DNA from: Yuukianura sp. NJ FZ-2021
Lineage: Eukaryota
Direction of reading: 5' to 3'
DNA length: 64,000 bases
Assembly (NCBI GenBank): GCA_046563655.1
Contig: CM102287.1
Span: forward strand, 8,804,001 to 8,868,000
Shown one piece after another: positions 61,969 to 64,000 of this stretch (positions within the stretch are counted from its first letter, which is position 1; every line of letters starts with the position of its first letter). The notes beneath the pieces are model-generated. The model worked only from the letters and a program-made list of their open reading frames with translations, did no database searches and was not told the DNA's origin. A program made the position numbers and the translations under genes.

Positions 61969-64000
61969 ATGGACAGAATTGTTGACAAGCTCAATCAGTG
62001 CACTCTTCGAGATAAGGACGATGGATTCCTTACTATTCAGCAACATGTTTTAAATAAGGACTTTACCAAGGTCTTTGCCATACTCAAGGTAAGTTCAACT
62101 AATCTTGTGTCCCTAGTTAGTTATGGCGTTAAAATCATCGTTCATTTTATAATTTAGACCTTGCATGGAGTTGATGACGATTTGGCCTGGCATAAAAAAG
62201 TGGGCAATGTTATAAGTGAAAGCTTTGCTGAAACTGATGTCGCATGGGATCAAAATGACAAAGAGCCGGTTTTGGGTATCATGGAACATTTCATGGAATG
62301 GCTAAATAAGGCTCCAGCTGAATTTTCCTCCTTGACCGTGTTCGTGCTCATTTTTCATGCTAACAGACGACTGCTTCGAACAGCGGTAATCATATTAGCT
62401 TTTGACCAAGTTACTTTTCAAGTCTCACAGTCTAGTTTGCTTTTAGGGGACGTGGGATTACCAACTACAATCTAGACTACTTGACCTTATATGTCATGTC
62501 AAGTTCCCCAGTGGCGAAGATTACGCACATAGGATTAGGTCCTTTAGAAGCACTATGTATGCAGTTACTTGGAACCAGATGAGAGAGAATTTCAAGACCA
62601 TAGATCAGTACACGAAGACGGAAATGATGATCATGTCATGCCGTTGGCTGATGTTTGACTCGATGGAGAACATTACGAAAGTTGGCAAGAAGTTTTCCGG
62701 CACTGTTGCAGGGTGTATTACTGCCAAACCTGATGCTAATATGAACGTTTTGATACTGACACTTCTGACTGACATATGCACCGATTACGGAAACATGTTA
62801 GAGAAGGTTAGTTTTTTTGTTTATTTGAATTTGAAAAGTTATGTATCAGTTAAATATACTAATCCTGCAATTGTTAACTCGTCTCGTCATGTTTCGGCAG
62901 GAAATTGGCCAGGGATCAATTAAACTTGGAAATATCACAGGGAAATGCATACTCAGTCAAGCTCTAGTGGAATTTGCCTTTGGTTGTTTGATGATTGCTC
63001 AACGCTCAAGCGATTCAACCATTGCGTCTGTGATGCTAGAGGGATTACTTAATGTTTGCTATGACCACTTCAGCACCGTATTCCTTCGAGTATTGGAAGC
63101 TCAAATGCGCCTTGTAATCCAAGTATTTGAGGAGATTTACGACAAGAAGCCAGTATGTGTTGCTGCACAGAAACTACAATCACTTCGTACGACGCTTTTG
63201 CCTAAACTTCATAGCCCTAAAGGTAATTGAAACACGTTCATAAACTGCTTATCCTTTGGGTAAAATGTGATTCTTATATTTTTCAATAGGTTCGGGAGAA
63301 TTAGCATCCGATCTTCTGACATGTTTCTTTCAAGCCATCGTATCCTCACCTCCGTGGCGTCCAGACAAACGTTGCGAGGATATGACAGTGGAGCATGTGG
63401 CCAAGTTAGCCACTGAACTTGTTACTCTTCTACCGGAACAGAATCGCATCAAGTTGAGTAGAACGGTAAACATGAAGGTTAATATTGGTCCAGACGTTGT
63501 GGTAAATTACATCATCTTTATCATTCGTATCGTTGCGGACAAATTGAGCCGAGAGACATGCTACATTTCAAAGATTATGGTTCCAATTCGGAAGTGTATG
63601 GACTCTTTGTCAGAGTTTATACCTCAATTGGGATCAGGGGATTCCTCTACTGACATAAATTACGATATCGGTAAGTGACAAAGCCCAAAACAATGCGGTA
63701 TGTGGTATGTTTTTGAAACTGTTTGGCCTGAACTGTTGTTTTTTTTTTGTTATTATTTACAGGTCACTCTTTCTATAATCTCTCAACTGCTCTCCAAAAA
63801 GCTGGAAGGTACGAGGAGTCCCTGGACATTTGTAAAAAGTGTGTCGAGAGTTTCACTAGTTTACCGAAGGAGAAGCTTACTGTAAGTTCAGCAACACACG
63901 TTTATGCAATGCTTGCCCATATTGTAGTTTGCATATGGTAATGATTTCGTTATAAACTTGGTTTTTGTTGTTTAGATGCACCCACACTTTTACTGCAACA
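61969..64000 (+). CDS. Unidentified large alpha-helical (HEAT/TPR-like) protein, 5' part, runs off the window
   Basis: Chain of exons with GT-AG boundaries (e.g. donor 62089, acceptor 62157); amphipathic-helix composition; TPR-like LSTALQKAGRYEESLDICKK. Confidence 0.6.

Overview
AT-rich, gene-dense eukaryotic (animal) genomic DNA with many short GT-AG introns, so the ORF track shows only exon fragments. The gene content suggests an arthropod, plausibly a springtail (inference only). Genes, left to right: 3' end of EMC2, an LRGUK-like gene, two small secreted peptides, a GR-like chemoreceptor disrupted by a foldback transposon, a basic low-complexity secreted protein, an SLC16/MCT transporter, dual oxidase (Duox), an intron-containing microbial-type terpene synthase, a TPR-ankyrin protein, four secreted proteins (three share an unrecognised 4-Cys module), a carboxylesterase, a FATP/SLC27 acyl-CoA synthetase, two THAP + ZAD-like + C2H2 zinc-finger paralogs, two VMO1-like genes, two RNase A-like paralogs and the 5' part of an unidentified helical protein. 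About a dozen MITEs have readable TIRs and target-site duplications. The standout is the pair at 58665-60791 (-). Once spliced, both show the ordered pancreatic RNase A motifs (F-x-R-x-H ... K-x-x-N-T ... P-V-H-L) with an intact His-Lys-His triad, but no signal peptide and none of the canonical disulfide cysteines; one is fused to a basic NLS/RRSS-rich N-terminus. The family is conventionally considered vertebrate-specific. All gene models were spliced by hand and no database search was run.
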